NCBI GenBank assembly: GCA_963822735.1
Contig: CAWGIU010000015.1
Location: forward strand, 13,625 to 77,624
DNA: 64,000 nt
From: an uncultured Actinomycetes bacterium
Lineage (GTDB): Bacteria; Actinomycetota; Thermoleophilia; Solirubrobacterales; Solirubrobacteraceae
Direction of reading: 5' to 3'
In this document: positions 34,979 through 44,743 of the stretch, in pieces
Layout: the number at the start of each line of letters is the position of its first letter
How positions within the stretch are numbered: the first letter of the stretch is position 1
Notes under the pieces: model-generated
Database searches by the model: none
Told to the model about the DNA's origin: nothing
The model's input: the letters and a program-made list of their open reading frames with translations, nothing else
Position numbers and translations under genes: made by a program

Positions 34979-37093
34979 CTAATCGCTGCCGGGACGTCCA
35001 AAGCGACCGGCGTGCGTCGATGCTTCGGCCGGTGCGGAGCGAGCCGATGTCCCCGCTTCGTCTCGCTTCTCCCAGTAACGCTTGAGGCCCGCATACAACT
35101 GCTCGGGGGGCGCGGCCTGGGCGTAAGTGGCGACGAGCTCAGAACCGGCATCGGACTCGATCTCCTCGCGAATGGTCGCGATGAAGGTCTCCTCGTCCTC
35201 GGTCCGCGCCAGCGCCGCCAAGTTGTCCAACCGCTCGGAGAGCTCATTCAGCTGCTCGGTGACGTCGTCGCTCGAGCCGAAGTGCGTGATCGCCAGCCGC
35301 CGCGGCTTCCACGCCAGGACACGGTTGATCGACTGATGCCAGGCCTCGATGTCGATGTCCGGCGGCGGGGTCGGCGGAATCGTCAGCGTCTCGGGTGTGA
35401 TCCGAACGCCGCCGGTGTCCCCGACGAAAGCCGTCTGGCTCTCCAGATAGGACACGTGATGAGAAGCGTGGCCCGGGGTGTACACGACTTCGAACGCGCC
35501 GCCCAGCAGGCGCTCGCCGCCGCGCAGCAGATGCAGGTTCTCGGCGGGCACGGGCCGGACCTCGCCCCACAAGCGATCCATGTCATCGCCGTAGAGGCGA
35601 CGAGCGCTTTCCAACAGCCGTGACGGGTCCGTCAGATGCGGCGCCCCGCGCTCATGGACGTAGACCTCCAGGTCGGGCCAGCGCTCCACCAGCGATCCGG
35701 AAGCGCCGGCATGGTCGAGATGGATGTGGGTCAACAGCAGGGCTCGAGGGCGTTGGTCCCCCAGGGCGTCGAGCAAGACCTCCAGGCACGAGCTGGGGCC
35801 GGGATCGATCAGCACGTCACCGACCCGCCAGCAGCCGATCACGCGCTCGCGCCCGAGGTGCATCAGATCAATTACGCGAGCATCAGAGGCGAGCGCTCGT
35901 ATCACCGGCTCGTGAGCAATAGTCGGCTGCTCGAAGAATGCTGCCTCGCCAGCGACGGGCGCATCTGAGGCGGCCTCCACGGGGAGCTGCGCGGTCTTTT
36001 CGGCGGCGAGCGCCTCGACCTCATCGGCTCCGGGCGGCGCCTCCCCGGCGCCAACGCGCTCTTGCGGCGCACCCTCCGGTTCGCCGGGCGTTCCCGCCGG
36101 TCCTTCGTCACTACTCAACTCGTCAGTCGCCTCGGTCTCGTCGTGAAGCGGCTCGCGCCGGATGGGCTGCGCCCGCCCCACGTACTCTTCGACGGCGGGC
36201 TCCTCCCCCGCTGGGTCGCGCCTGATTGGTTGCGCCGGGCCCACGTATTCATCGACCGCAAAGGGCCTCGGCTCCGCCGAGGGCCCCGATTCCGCCAAGG
36301 GCTCGGGCTCCGCAAAGGGCTCCGACTCCGCCGAGGGCCCCGACTCCGCAAAGGGCTCCTCGTCCTCAGCCTCATCCTCCGGGCCAAACGGCTCGGCGAA
36401 GCCGCCGGGGCGATCCACCCCCGCGTTATCAAGAGACGACTGCTCGGCGTCGTCAAACGGCGAGTGTTCCGCCGTCGCCGGCCCGACGTCTCGCTCGGCT
36501 GCGAACTCCTCTCCAGGCTCAGCATCGGCGGCGGCAGTCTCCGCTGAGGACTCGGGGGGGAAGCGCGTAGCGGCAGCTCCGGCAACCGTTCCCAGCTCCT
36601 CCGCCAACCTCCGCACGTCGCCCACGATGCGATCGCGCTCCGCCCATATGCGGTCAACCTCCGCATCGAGCTCGTGCACGCGGCGCTGAGCTTGCTGTTC
36701 GAGCTCCCGCGCCCGCTGGCGACTCGAGCGCTCCAGCGCGTCGGCCTCCTCGCGTGCTCGCATCATGCGCTCCTCGGCTTCGGCGCGCGAATCTGTCGTC
36801 AGCTGGTCGGCGGTCTCGTGCGCGCTCTGCAGAATCGCCGAGACCTCTCCGCCGACGCGCTCAAGCGCCCGGCGTACGGCTCCCTCCGGCGAGCGTGTGG
36901 CGTACAGCTCGGCCACCAGCTGGGTGATCCTGTTCACGTAGGCCTCGACCGCCATCCGGTCGTACCCTCGGAGCACAACCGGGAACTCGGGGTTGGCGGC
37001 CGCGGCGACCGGGTCTTCGGGGAGGTCTGCGAGCGGGGCGGTTATCTGCTGCATGATCGCGTGCTCGCTGGCAGCAGAGCTCTGATCTGGCAT
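34979..37093 (-). CDS. Fusion protein: DivIVA-type N-terminal domain and coiled coil, acidic Pro/Glu repeat linker, C-terminal MBL-fold metallo-hydrolase
   Basis: ATG 37093 is preceded by GGAGGTGG. The DivIVA motif is FPVVLRGYDRMAVEAYVNRI, followed by a charged heptad-like region. The linker has (E/G)P(F/S/L)AE(S/P) repeats. The MBL motif is LLLTHIHLDHAG (HxHxDH), with YTPGHASHH. There is no in-frame stop between the domains. Confidence 0.75.
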   Translation of the reverse strand: MPDQSSAASEHAIMQQITAPLADLPEDPVAAAANPEFPVVLRGYDRMAVEAYVNRITQLVAELYATRSPEGAVRRALERVGGEVSAILQSAHETADQLTTDSRAEAEERMMRAREEADALERSSRQRARELEQQAQRRVHELDAEVDRIWAERDRIVGDVRRLAEELGTVAGAAATRFPPESSAETAAADAEPGEEFAAERDVGPATAEHSPFDDAEQSSLDNAGVDRPGGFAEPFGPEDEAEDEEPFAESGPSAESEPFAEPEPLAESGPSAEPRPFAVDEYVGPAQPIRRDPAGEEPAVEEYVGRAQPIRREPLHDETEATDELSSDEGPAGTPGEPEGAPQERVGAGEAPPGADEVEALAAEKTAQLPVEAASDAPVAGEAAFFEQPTIAHEPVIRALASDARVIDLMHLGRERVIGCWRVGDVLIDPGPSSCLEVLLDALGDQRPRALLLTHIHLDHAGASGSLVERWPDLEVYVHERGAPHLTDPSRLLESARRLYGDDMDRLWGEVRPVPAENLHLLRGGERLLGGAFEVVYTPGHASHHVSYLESQTAFVGDTGGVRITPETLTIPPTPPPDIDIEAWHQSINRVLAWKPRRLAITHFGSSDDVTEQLNELSERLDNLAALARTEDEETFIATIREEIESDAGSELVATYAQAAPPEQLYAGLKRYWEKRDEAGTSARSAPAEASTHAGRFGRPGSD

Positions 37094-37140
37094 AGGCACA
37101 GGATTCCACCTCCGTCGCTGGATGCCTGCCGGTCCATACA

Positions 37141-39153
37141 ATGCGGGCAATGTCTGGCATGCCATCGCCTCGCCTTCCCGAGCGAGACCGGCCCTGGTTG
37201 ATGCGGACGTACGCCGGCCACTCGGACGCCCGGCGCTCGAACGAACTGTACCGCCGCAACATTCAGAAAGGACAAACCGGCCTTTCCATAGCGTTCGATC
37301 TACCCACCCAGACGGGTTACGACCCAGATCACGAGCTGGCGCGCGGCGAGGTGGGCAAGGTAGGGGTATCGATCGCGCACGTGGGCGACATGCGCACCTT
37401 GCTCGATGGCATCCCGCTCGAGCAGATGAACACCTCGATGACGATCAATGCCACCGCCGCCTGGTTGCTGGCGCTCTACATCGCCGCCGCCGAGGAGCAG
37501 GGAATAGCCGAGGACAAGCTCCAGGGCACGACCCAGAACGACATCCTCAAGGAGTACCTCAGCCGCGGCACGTACGCCTTCCCTCCCGGTCCCAGCATGC
37601 GGCTGATCGCCGACACGATCGCCTACACGATCACGCATGTTCCGAAATGGAACCCGATCAACATCTGCTCCTATCACCTTCAGGAGGCTGGCGCCACGCC
37701 GGTTCAGGAGATCGCCTATGCGCTGTCCAACGCCATCGCCGTGCTTGACGCCGTGCGCGAGCGCGTCCCGCAAGAGCTGATGGGAAGCGTGTTCGGCCGG
37801 ATCTCGTTCTTCGTCAACGCCGGCGTGCGCTTCATCGAAGAGCACGCCAAGCTCCGGGCCATGGCCACATTGTGGGACGAGCTCGGCCGCGAGCGCTATG
37901 GAGTAGAGGACGAGAAACACCGCCGCTTTCGGTACGGCGTCCAGGTCAACTCGCTCGGGCTGACGGAGTCACAGCCAGAGAACAACGTCTATCGGATCGC
38001 ACTCGAGGCCCTGGCGGTCACGCTCGGGCGCAGTGCACGGGCCCGCGCCCTCCAGCTGCCGGCGTGGAACGAGGCCCTCGGCCTGCCGCGGCCGTGGGAC
38101 CAGCAGTGGTCATTGCGCCTGCAGCAGATCCTGGCCTACGAGACGGACCTGCTCGAGTACCCGGACGTGTTCGAGGGCTCGAAGGTGATGGAGGGCCTGG
38201 TCGCGGAGCTGACTGCCGGCGCCCGCGAGGAGATGGCGCATGTGGCGGAGCTGGGGGGCGCTGTGGAGGCCGTCGACTACATGAAGGGAGCCCTGGTCGA
38301 GTCCCACCGCGAGCGCTGGCGGCGGATCGAGTCCGGTGAGCAGACCATCGTCGGTATGAACCGCTTTACCTCAAGCGAGCCCTCGCCGCTGACCGCAGAC
38401 GCCGACGGCGGCATCTTGGTGGTCGATCCGCAGGTGGAGGCCGAACAGCGCGAGGCGCTGGCGCGGTGGCGCGGTGAGCGAGACCAGCGGGCGGCGGACG
38501 CGGCGCTCGCCGAGCTTGCCCGAGTGGCCCGAGCGAGCGATGAGAACATCATGCCGGCCACGATCGCCGCAGCGCGGGCCGGCGTCACCACGGGCGAGTG
38601 GTCGCAGGCCCTGCGCGAGGCATTCGGCGAATACCGCGCCCCGACGGGCGTCACCGAGGCTGCCGCGCTTTCGAGCGAGGAGGTTGCCGAGTTGCGCGAT
38701 GAGGTCGAGCACCTCTCGGAGGCGCTCGGCAGGCGGCTCAAGTTCCTAGTGGGAAAGCCCGGGCTCGACGGACACTCCAACGGCGCCGAGCAGATCGCCG
38801 TGCGCGCGCGCGACGCGGGGATGGACGTCGTCTACGAGGGCATCCGGCTGACGCCGTCTCAGATCGCCACCTCCGCTGCTCAGGAGGGCGTTCACGTGGT
38901 CGGCCTCTCGATTCTCTCCGGCTCGCACCGCGAGCTGATCCCGGCGGTCCTCGAGGCGCTGAAGAAGGCGGGAATCGGCGAAGTCCCGGTGATCGTGGGC
39001 GGCATCATTCCCGACGCGGACGCCGCGTGGCTGCGCGACGCCGGGATTGCGGCGGTCTACACGCCCAAGGACTGGGATCTAAACCGGATGATGCGCGACA
39101 TCATCGCTCTGGTGGCAGAGCGCCACGGGATCGACGTAGCCACCGCCGCTTGA
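37141..39153 (+). CDS. ecm: Ethylmalonyl-CoA mutase (MeaA/Ecm type), fused catalytic and B12-binding domains
   Basis: 670 aa. The N-terminus reads RPWLMRTYAGHSDARRSNELYRRNIQKGQTGLSIAFDLPTQTGYDPDH. The C-terminal B12 domain reads GKPGLDGHSNGAEQIA. ccr, meaB and mcl lie nearby. The start could be 37141 or 37150. Confidence 0.8.
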   Translation: MRAMSGMPSPRLPERDRPWLMRTYAGHSDARRSNELYRRNIQKGQTGLSIAFDLPTQTGYDPDHELARGEVGKVGVSIAHVGDMRTLLDGIPLEQMNTSMTINATAAWLLALYIAAAEEQGIAEDKLQGTTQNDILKEYLSRGTYAFPPGPSMRLIADTIAYTITHVPKWNPINICSYHLQEAGATPVQEIAYALSNAIAVLDAVRERVPQELMGSVFGRISFFVNAGVRFIEEHAKLRAMATLWDELGRERYGVEDEKHRRFRYGVQVNSLGLTESQPENNVYRIALEALAVTLGRSARARALQLPAWNEALGLPRPWDQQWSLRLQQILAYETDLLEYPDVFEGSKVMEGLVAELTAGAREEMAHVAELGGAVEAVDYMKGALVESHRERWRRIESGEQTIVGMNRFTSSEPSPLTADADGGILVVDPQVEAEQREALARWRGERDQRAADAALAELARVARASDENIMPATIAAARAGVTTGEWSQALREAFGEYRAPTGVTEAAALSSEEVAELRDEVEHLSEALGRRLKFLVGKPGLDGHSNGAEQIAVRARDAGMDVVYEGIRLTPSQIATSAAQEGVHVVGLSILSGSHRELIPAVLEALKKAGIGEVPVIVGGIIPDADAAWLRDAGIAAVYTPKDWDLNRMMRDIIALVAERHGIDVATAA

Positions 39154-40121
39154 GCAGCACGACCCCCGATGGGCGCGCGCTCGGCGAGCGACTGCGCTCC
39201 GGGGACCTGAGTGCCGCACCGGCGGTCCTCAACCTACTCGAGAGTCGGGTAGCGGATGCTCGTCTCCAGGCCGAGGCGCTGCTTCAGGCGGTCTCCCCCG
39301 CGGCGCTCGGTGCCGAGGCGCCGGGGCACGTCGTCGGCGTCACGGGCCCCCCCGGCGTCGGCAAGTCGTCGCTGCTCTCGCACCTCGTCGCGGTCTGGCG
39401 CGCTCGTGGACGATCAGTGGCCGTGCTCGCCGTCGATCCGAGCTCGCGGCGCTCCGGCGGGGCGTTGCTCGGAGACCGGGCGAGGATCGAGGTCGATCCC
39501 GGCGACCACGGAGTGTTCGTGCGCTCGACGGCCGCCGGCGACCGGCTCGGCGGCCTGGCGCCCGCCACCAGGGCCGCCGCCAGCGCCTTGGCGGCGGCCT
39601 TCGACGTGGTGGTGATAGAGACTGTGGGCGTCGGCCAGTCCGAGACGGAGGTGGCTGATACGGCCGACACCGTCGCGGTGGTAGTGCAGCCCGGCTCGGG
39701 AGACGTCCTTCAGTTCCTGAAGGCCGGGATCATGGAGGTCCCCGACGTGCTGGTGGTGAACAAGGCGGACCTGGGCAGGGTGGCGACCCGTGCGATCGGC
39801 GACCTGAACGCAGCGCTGAGGGCGCTCGGAGCGACAGGCACGGCGGTGGTGGCGGTTTCCTCGCTCTCCCCGCCCAGCGGGATCGACGAGCTCGTCGACG
39901 CCCTCGACCAGCATCTCGCCGGCCTCGACCTCCCGCAGCGCCGGCTTCGCGCCCGCCGGATGCACGCGCTCGCGGACTTCATATCCGAGCACGGTGACCG
40001 CGGCTTGCGGTCGCTCGGCGGACGCCGAGCCGCCGAGAAGTGGCTCTCAACCCAGGCCGCCGGCATGGATGTGCCGGCGCTGGGACACGCGTTGGCGGCC
40101 CACGCCGCCGAGCAGACTTGA
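39150..40121 (+). CDS. meaB: Mutase-associated G3E GTPase (MeaB/ArgK)
   Basis: The TTG start overlaps the ecm stop (TTGA). The P-loop is GVTGPPGVGKSSLL, with ETVGVGQSE and NKAD also present. Confidence 0.85.
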   Translation: MSSTTPDGRALGERLRSGDLSAAPAVLNLLESRVADARLQAEALLQAVSPAALGAEAPGHVVGVTGPPGVGKSSLLSHLVAVWRARGRSVAVLAVDPSSRRSGGALLGDRARIEVDPGDHGVFVRSTAAGDRLGGLAPATRAAASALAAAFDVVVIETVGVGQSETEVADTADTVAVVVQPGSGDVLQFLKAGIMEVPDVLVVNKADLGRVATRAIGDLNAALRALGATGTAVVAVSSLSPPSGIDELVDALDQHLAGLDLPQRRLRARRMHALADFISEHGDRGLRSLGGRRAAEKWLSTQAAGMDVPALGHALAAHAAEQT

Positions 40122-40669
40122 TGCCCAAGGTCGTCCTTCCTCCCCAGCCCCTGATCGACGGACCTACCGCGCTGCGGCCCTGGCGCGATTTGGACATTCC
40201 GGCCCTCGTCGCCGTCTGCCAGGATCCGGAAATCGCGCGCTGGACCCGAGTCCCTTCTCCCTACGGAGAGGCCGATGCGCGCCTCTACTTGCAGCAACGC
40301 CACGACTCGCTCCAAAGCGGCGCCTCCGCGCCGTTCGCGGTCGTCGCCACGGACGACGGGCGGCTGCTGGGTTCGACGTCCCTGCTGCGCTTCTCCTGGG
40401 TCGATGCTCGGGCGGAGGTCGGCTACTTTCTGGCGCGCGAGGCCCGGGGGCAGGGCCACGCCGTGCGCGCTCTGGGCCTCATCTGCGCCTGGGGATTCGG
40501 GAGCCTGGGACTGGAGCGGATCGATCTCTTGGCCGCCACCGGCAACGCTCCTTCTCAGCGCGTCGCCGAGCGGGCCGGGTTCACGCGAGAAGCGGTGCTC
40601 CGCTCTTACTTTCCGTCTCGCCAGGGCCGCCTGGACATGGTTGCGTTCGGGTTGCTCGCCGGGGAATAG
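40121..40669 (+). CDS. GNAT N-acetyltransferase (RimJ/RimL-like)
   Basis: The ATG shares one nt with the meaB stop. Contains LRPWRDLDIPALVAVCQDPEIARWT and ARGQGHAVRAL. Confidence 0.75.
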   Translation: MPKVVLPPQPLIDGPTALRPWRDLDIPALVAVCQDPEIARWTRVPSPYGEADARLYLQQRHDSLQSGASAPFAVVATDDGRLLGSTSLLRFSWVDARAEVGYFLAREARGQGHAVRALGLICAWGFGSLGLERIDLLAATGNAPSQRVAERAGFTREAVLRSYFPSRQGRLDMVAFGLLAGE

Positions 40670-40686
40670 CGGAGTCCAGCCGGTCC

Positions 40687-41100
40687 TCAGCAGGTCGGCT
40701 TGGCCGCCGGGGCCTTGCCTTCGCCGTCGATCCGCCAGCCGGCCGAGGTCTTCACCAGGTGGAGCTGCGCCACCGCCGTTTGCTGACAGTGGGCGCCCGC
40801 AAGCACCAGCGCCGAGGCCTGTCGTTTCCCGACGGTAAGGCGGCCGATGCTGAGCGTCGGGTCCTGGACGCTCGCCAGGAAGACCCTCATTCCCTCCTGG
40901 CAGCTCAGCCCCTGGACGGCGAAGCGGTTTGTGAGCGACGGGGCCAGCACCTGTTCGCAGACGGTGGTTGCATCCCGGGCACCCACCGCGTGGACGAACT
41001 GCTCCACCTTGGCACGGACCTGGGGCGAATCGCTGGAGCCACAACCGGACACGGCCAGCGCCGTGAGGGGTACCAGCGCCACGGCGAACAGTGCTCGCAT
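40687..41100 (-). CDS. Hypothetical lipoprotein (137 aa)
   Basis: Internal ATG. Translation begins MRALFAVALVPLTALAVSGCGS (lipobox). It contains four further Cys residues. Confidence 0.6.
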   Translation of the reverse strand: MRALFAVALVPLTALAVSGCGSSDSPQVRAKVEQFVHAVGARDATTVCEQVLAPSLTNRFAVQGLSCQEGMRVFLASVQDPTLSIGRLTVGKRQASALVLAGAHCQQTAVAQLHLVKTSAGWRIDGEGKAPAAKPTC

Positions 41101-41124
41101 GAGGCCGAAGGCTACCCTTGAGTA

Positions 41125-42120
41125 ATGAAGCTCGAGCCGCTGCACGACGGTCACGGCAGGCTGATCGGCGATCTACGCGTTTCGGTCACCGACCGCTGCA
41201 ACTTCCGCTGCCAGTACTGCATGCCGGCGGAGGGCCTTCCGTGGCTGGAGCGCGCCGAGGTTTTGACGTTCGAGGAGATCACGCGGCTGGTCGGGCTCTT
41301 CGCGAGGATGGGCGTTCACGACATCCGGCTGACGGGGGGAGAGCCGCTCGTCAGGCGCGAGTTCCCGCGGCTGGCCGCGATGCTGGCCGCGCTGCCTGAC
41401 GTGAACGAGCTGTCGCTGACGACGAACGGCTTTCTGCTCGAACGCGACGCTGCCGCCCTGGTTCAAGCCGGCGTCGATCGCTTCAACGTCTCGGTGGACT
41501 CACTCCAGCGCGATCGTTTCTTTGAACTCACGCGACGCGACGCGCTTCCCCAAGTGCTGCGGGGCCTCGAGCTGCTCGCCAGCTTCCCCGAGGCCCACCC
41601 CATCAAGGTGAACGCGGTGGCCATACGGGGCTTCACCGAGGAAGAGGCGCTTCCGTTCGCCGAGCTCGCTCGCCGGTCGCCCTATGAGATCCGCTTCATC
41701 GAGTTCATGCCGCTCGACGCCGACCGTGCGTGGTCACGCGAGCAGGTGCTGACCGGCGCTGAGATCCGGGCCGCGATTGATGCCGTCTATCCGCTGGAGC
41801 GCGAGCCGCGCGAGCCTCACGCCACGGCGCGCGTGTATCGCTTCGCCGACGGACACGGGAAAGTCGCCTTCATCAACCCGGTCTCGGAGCCGTTCTGTGC
41901 CGACTGCAACCGCATCCGCCTTACGGCAGACGGACGCCTACGCACGTGTCTGTTCTCTCTCAACGAGACCGATCTCCGTGGACCATTGCGCGGCGGCATC
42001 GACGATCGTGAGCTCGAGGGACTGATTCGCGACGCCGTGTGGCGCAAGGAGCTCAAGCACCACGTCGGCGAACCGGGCTTCATCCAGCCGGCGCGCTCGA
42101 TGTCGGCGATCGGCGGCTGA
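41125..42120 (+). CDS. moaA: GTP 3',8-cyclase (molybdenum cofactor biosynthesis, radical SAM)
   Basis: 331 aa. Contains CNFRCQYCMP and the C-terminal CADCNRIRLTADGRLRTCL. Confidence 0.92.
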   Translation: MKLEPLHDGHGRLIGDLRVSVTDRCNFRCQYCMPAEGLPWLERAEVLTFEEITRLVGLFARMGVHDIRLTGGEPLVRREFPRLAAMLAALPDVNELSLTTNGFLLERDAAALVQAGVDRFNVSVDSLQRDRFFELTRRDALPQVLRGLELLASFPEAHPIKVNAVAIRGFTEEEALPFAELARRSPYEIRFIEFMPLDADRAWSREQVLTGAEIRAAIDAVYPLEREPREPHATARVYRFADGHGKVAFINPVSEPFCADCNRIRLTADGRLRTCLFSLNETDLRGPLRGGIDDRELEGLIRDAVWRKELKHHVGEPGFIQPARSMSAIGG

Positions 42121-42127
42121 CCGTCCC

Positions 42128-42171
42128 GACGGCGCCGCGGCCGTCCCCGGCCCGACGGCGCCGCGGCCGTC
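42128..42171 (+). terminator. Duplicated (period 26) GC hairpin after moaA
   Basis: GACGGC-GCCGCG-GCCGTC occurs at 42128-42145 and again at 42154-42171. There is no U tract. Confidence 0.4.
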
Positions 42172-42264
42172 CCCGGCCACCATCGCCGGCGGTGCCGACC
42201 CCGGCCGCCGCCCCATAAGTACTTAACCGAGTTACAACGTTGACGGCGGACAATGGCGTGGTAG

Positions 42265-44016
42265 ATGCTGCTGCTGCTCCTGTTCGCCGTGGTCGCCGGC
42301 GCGGGCACCGCGATCACGCCATGCGTGCTCCCGGTGCTGCCGGCGCTGCTGTCAGCGAGCGCCGCCGGCGGGAGACGACGGCCGCTGGGCATCGTGCTGG
42401 GATTGGCGCTGACGTTCACGATCGCGATTGTCGCCCTGGCCCAGCTGGTCAAAGGGGTGGGATTGGCGAGCGGTGCGGCCCGGACCCTGGCGATCATCGT
42501 GCTGATCGGCTTCGGGGCGGTGATGCTGATCCCCGACGTGGCAGCCCGCGTCCAGGCTCCGCTCTCGCGGCTGGCCCGGTTCGGTCCCAAGACCCGTGGG
42601 AGCGGCTTTTGGTCAGGGCTCGCTGTCGGTGGCGCGCTCGGCTTCGTGTGCGCCCCCTGCGCCGGTCCGATCCTCGCGGCAGTCACCTCCGTCAGCGCCT
42701 CGACCGGTCCAACGACGAGGGTCGTGGCAGTCGCGGTCGGGTTCTCGGCCGGACTGGCTTTCGTGCTGCTGCTGTGGGCAATCGGCGGTCGCGCCGTCAT
42801 CCAGCGCGTCAGGCGCTCGCTGCGCGGACATGTCGTGGAGCGAGCTCTGGGAGTCGTGCTGCTGGCCACAGGGGTGGCGATGGCGTTCAACCTCGACGTG
42901 CGCTTCGAGGAGACCCTGGCCAAGGACACGAGCCTTCCGGCGTTCCTGGTCGACCCGACCAGGTCGCTCGAGAACTCGGGCGCGGTGCAGGGCCGCCTGG
43001 CCTCGCTGCGCCCGCGGTCGCGCTTCGCCCAACGACAAAAGGAAGCGTCGCAGGTACCGATGCCGCCGACCACGGCGGTGTCGATCCCCGGCGTGCAGAC
43101 GCCCGCGCTCCCTGTCCTCGGCGCCGCGCCGCCGTTCACGGACACGCAACGGTGGTTCAACACGGCCGGCGGTCTGCCGCTGACCCTGGCCCGGCTGCGC
43201 GGCCACGTGGTGCTCGTCGACTTCTGGACCTATACCTGCATCAATTGCATCCGCACGCTCCCCTTCCTCAAAGGGCTCTATGCCACCTACCACCCCTACG
43301 GGCTGGAGATCGTCGGCGTCGAGTCGCCGGAGTTCACGTTCGAGCAGGAGGCGAGCAACGTCGAGCAGGCCGTGCGGGCCGACGGCATCCGCTATCCGGT
43401 TGTGCAGGACAACCAGCTCGGCACCTGGAACGCCTACCAGAACGAGTACTGGCCCGCGGAGTATCTGATCGACGCCCAGGGCAATGTGCGGCACACTCAG
43501 TTCGGCGAAGGCGACTACAAGCAGAGCGAGGCCGCGGTCCGACAGCTCCTCTACGACGCGGGCGTCCACAACCTGCCCCCGCCGATGACCGCCGGCGCGA
43601 TTCTGCCCTCCAACGGGGTCGCTACTCCGGAGACATATCTCGACCCTCAGCGAGCCCAGGGCTTCGCGCAGCCGCCGTCGCCGGGCGTCCATTTCTATCC
43701 GGGCGTCTCCAGCCCTTCCCTCAATGAAATCGCGCTGCGCGGAACGTGGAATGCGGGCTCTCAGTCGGTCACGCCGGTCTCAACTGGCGCCTCGATCGAC
43801 CTCGGCTTTCAGGCCGCGAAGGTCTACCTGGTAATGACGTCCTCCGGACACACCCCGCGCCGGGTGCGCGTGCTGCTCGATGGCCGCCCGTACGCCACCG
43901 TCACCGTCTCTGCCCAGCAGCTCTACACGCTCGTCTCGCTGCCGAGCGACCAGCAGCATGCGCTGAGCGTGCTTGTACCGCCCGGCGTGGCGGCGTACGA
44001 CTTCACCTTCGGTTAG
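42265..44016 (+). CDS. dipZ: DipZ-like protein: CcdA/DsbD membrane domain fused to a thioredoxin-like domain and a C-terminal beta domain
   Basis: 583 aa. The N-terminus reads AGTAITPCVLPVLPALL. PCAGPIL and the mid-protein FWTYTCINCIRTLP (CxxC) are present. Confidence 0.75.
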   Translation: MLLLLLFAVVAGAGTAITPCVLPVLPALLSASAAGGRRRPLGIVLGLALTFTIAIVALAQLVKGVGLASGAARTLAIIVLIGFGAVMLIPDVAARVQAPLSRLARFGPKTRGSGFWSGLAVGGALGFVCAPCAGPILAAVTSVSASTGPTTRVVAVAVGFSAGLAFVLLLWAIGGRAVIQRVRRSLRGHVVERALGVVLLATGVAMAFNLDVRFEETLAKDTSLPAFLVDPTRSLENSGAVQGRLASLRPRSRFAQRQKEASQVPMPPTTAVSIPGVQTPALPVLGAAPPFTDTQRWFNTAGGLPLTLARLRGHVVLVDFWTYTCINCIRTLPFLKGLYATYHPYGLEIVGVESPEFTFEQEASNVEQAVRADGIRYPVVQDNQLGTWNAYQNEYWPAEYLIDAQGNVRHTQFGEGDYKQSEAAVRQLLYDAGVHNLPPPMTAGAILPSNGVATPETYLDPQRAQGFAQPPSPGVHFYPGVSSPSLNEIALRGTWNAGSQSVTPVSTGASIDLGFQAAKVYLVMTSSGHTPRRVRVLLDGRPYATVTVSAQQLYTLVSLPSDQQHALSVLVPPGVAAYDFTFG

Positions 44017-44656
44017 TGGGCCCGTCCGTCGGCATCGTCCGCCGCCGATCGAGCATCGCCGCCGCCTGGAGCACGTCGTCAGGCGTGTTGACGTTGAACA
44101 GCGCCTCGTGGTCCTCGACCTCGAGCAGGCGGGGCCCAATCGCCGCGACGGCCTCGACCAGGGGCCCGTCACCCGCCGTCTCCGGATCGCTCAGGACGTC
44201 GAGCGCGGATGGCTCGTAGCGGCCGAGTAGCGGCTGCGGCCGGCCGCGGTGGGAAGCGACTACGGCCGGCGCACCGTGACCGTCGGCCGCTGCCAGACGC
44301 GTGAGCAGCTCCACCGTCACCAGTGGCAGATCGACGGCGCACACCAGCACCGCGCGCCCAGCCGCAAGCGCCAGCGCCTGACGGATCCCGACCAGCGGAT
44401 GGTGGTGAGCCTGAGGCTCCACCCAGACGGTCGTCCGGGGCAGACTGGGCAGCTCGCTGTCCGCTTTGGTCAGCACCACGACATCCCCTATCGCCGCCGC
44501 CATGGTCTCCAGCGCGTAGGAGATCAAAGGCCTTCCGCGAAGCTCGATCGTGGCCTTGGCGCCGCCCATCCGCCGTCCCCGGCCGCCGGCCAAGATCACC
44601 CCGACAGGCCCCGCCTGCCTCCCTGGGTCGCCCGGCTGGCCTCCTCGATGGCGCAT
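44003..44656 (-). CDS. mobA: Molybdenum cofactor guanylyltransferase (start uncertain)
   Basis: Contains GVILAGGRGRRMGG and the LVCAVDLPL motif. The 3' end overlaps the dipZ 3' end by 14 nt. Confidence 0.75.
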   Translation of the reverse strand: MRHRGGQPGDPGRQAGPVGVILAGGRGRRMGGAKATIELRGRPLISYALETMAAAIGDVVVLTKADSELPSLPRTTVWVEPQAHHHPLVGIRQALALAAGRAVLVCAVDLPLVTVELLTRLAAADGHGAPAVVASHRGRPQPLLGRYEPSALDVLSDPETAGDGPLVEAVAAIGPRLLEVEDHEALFNVNTPDDVLQAAAMLDRRRTMPTDGPTNRR

Positions 44657-44743
44657 CTCGGGCCAACCCTACGCGCGGTCCCTGGCGCGGTGGGGTTCTT
44701 GCTCCGCCGGGCGTCCGATGATCGGCTTCTAGAATCAGCTTGC

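Noticed and set aside
42128-42171. The duplicated GC hairpin after moaA as something more than a terminator.
   Set aside because: A simple 26-bp duplication of a 6-bp stem hairpin in a 3' UTR, with nothing further to support a special role.
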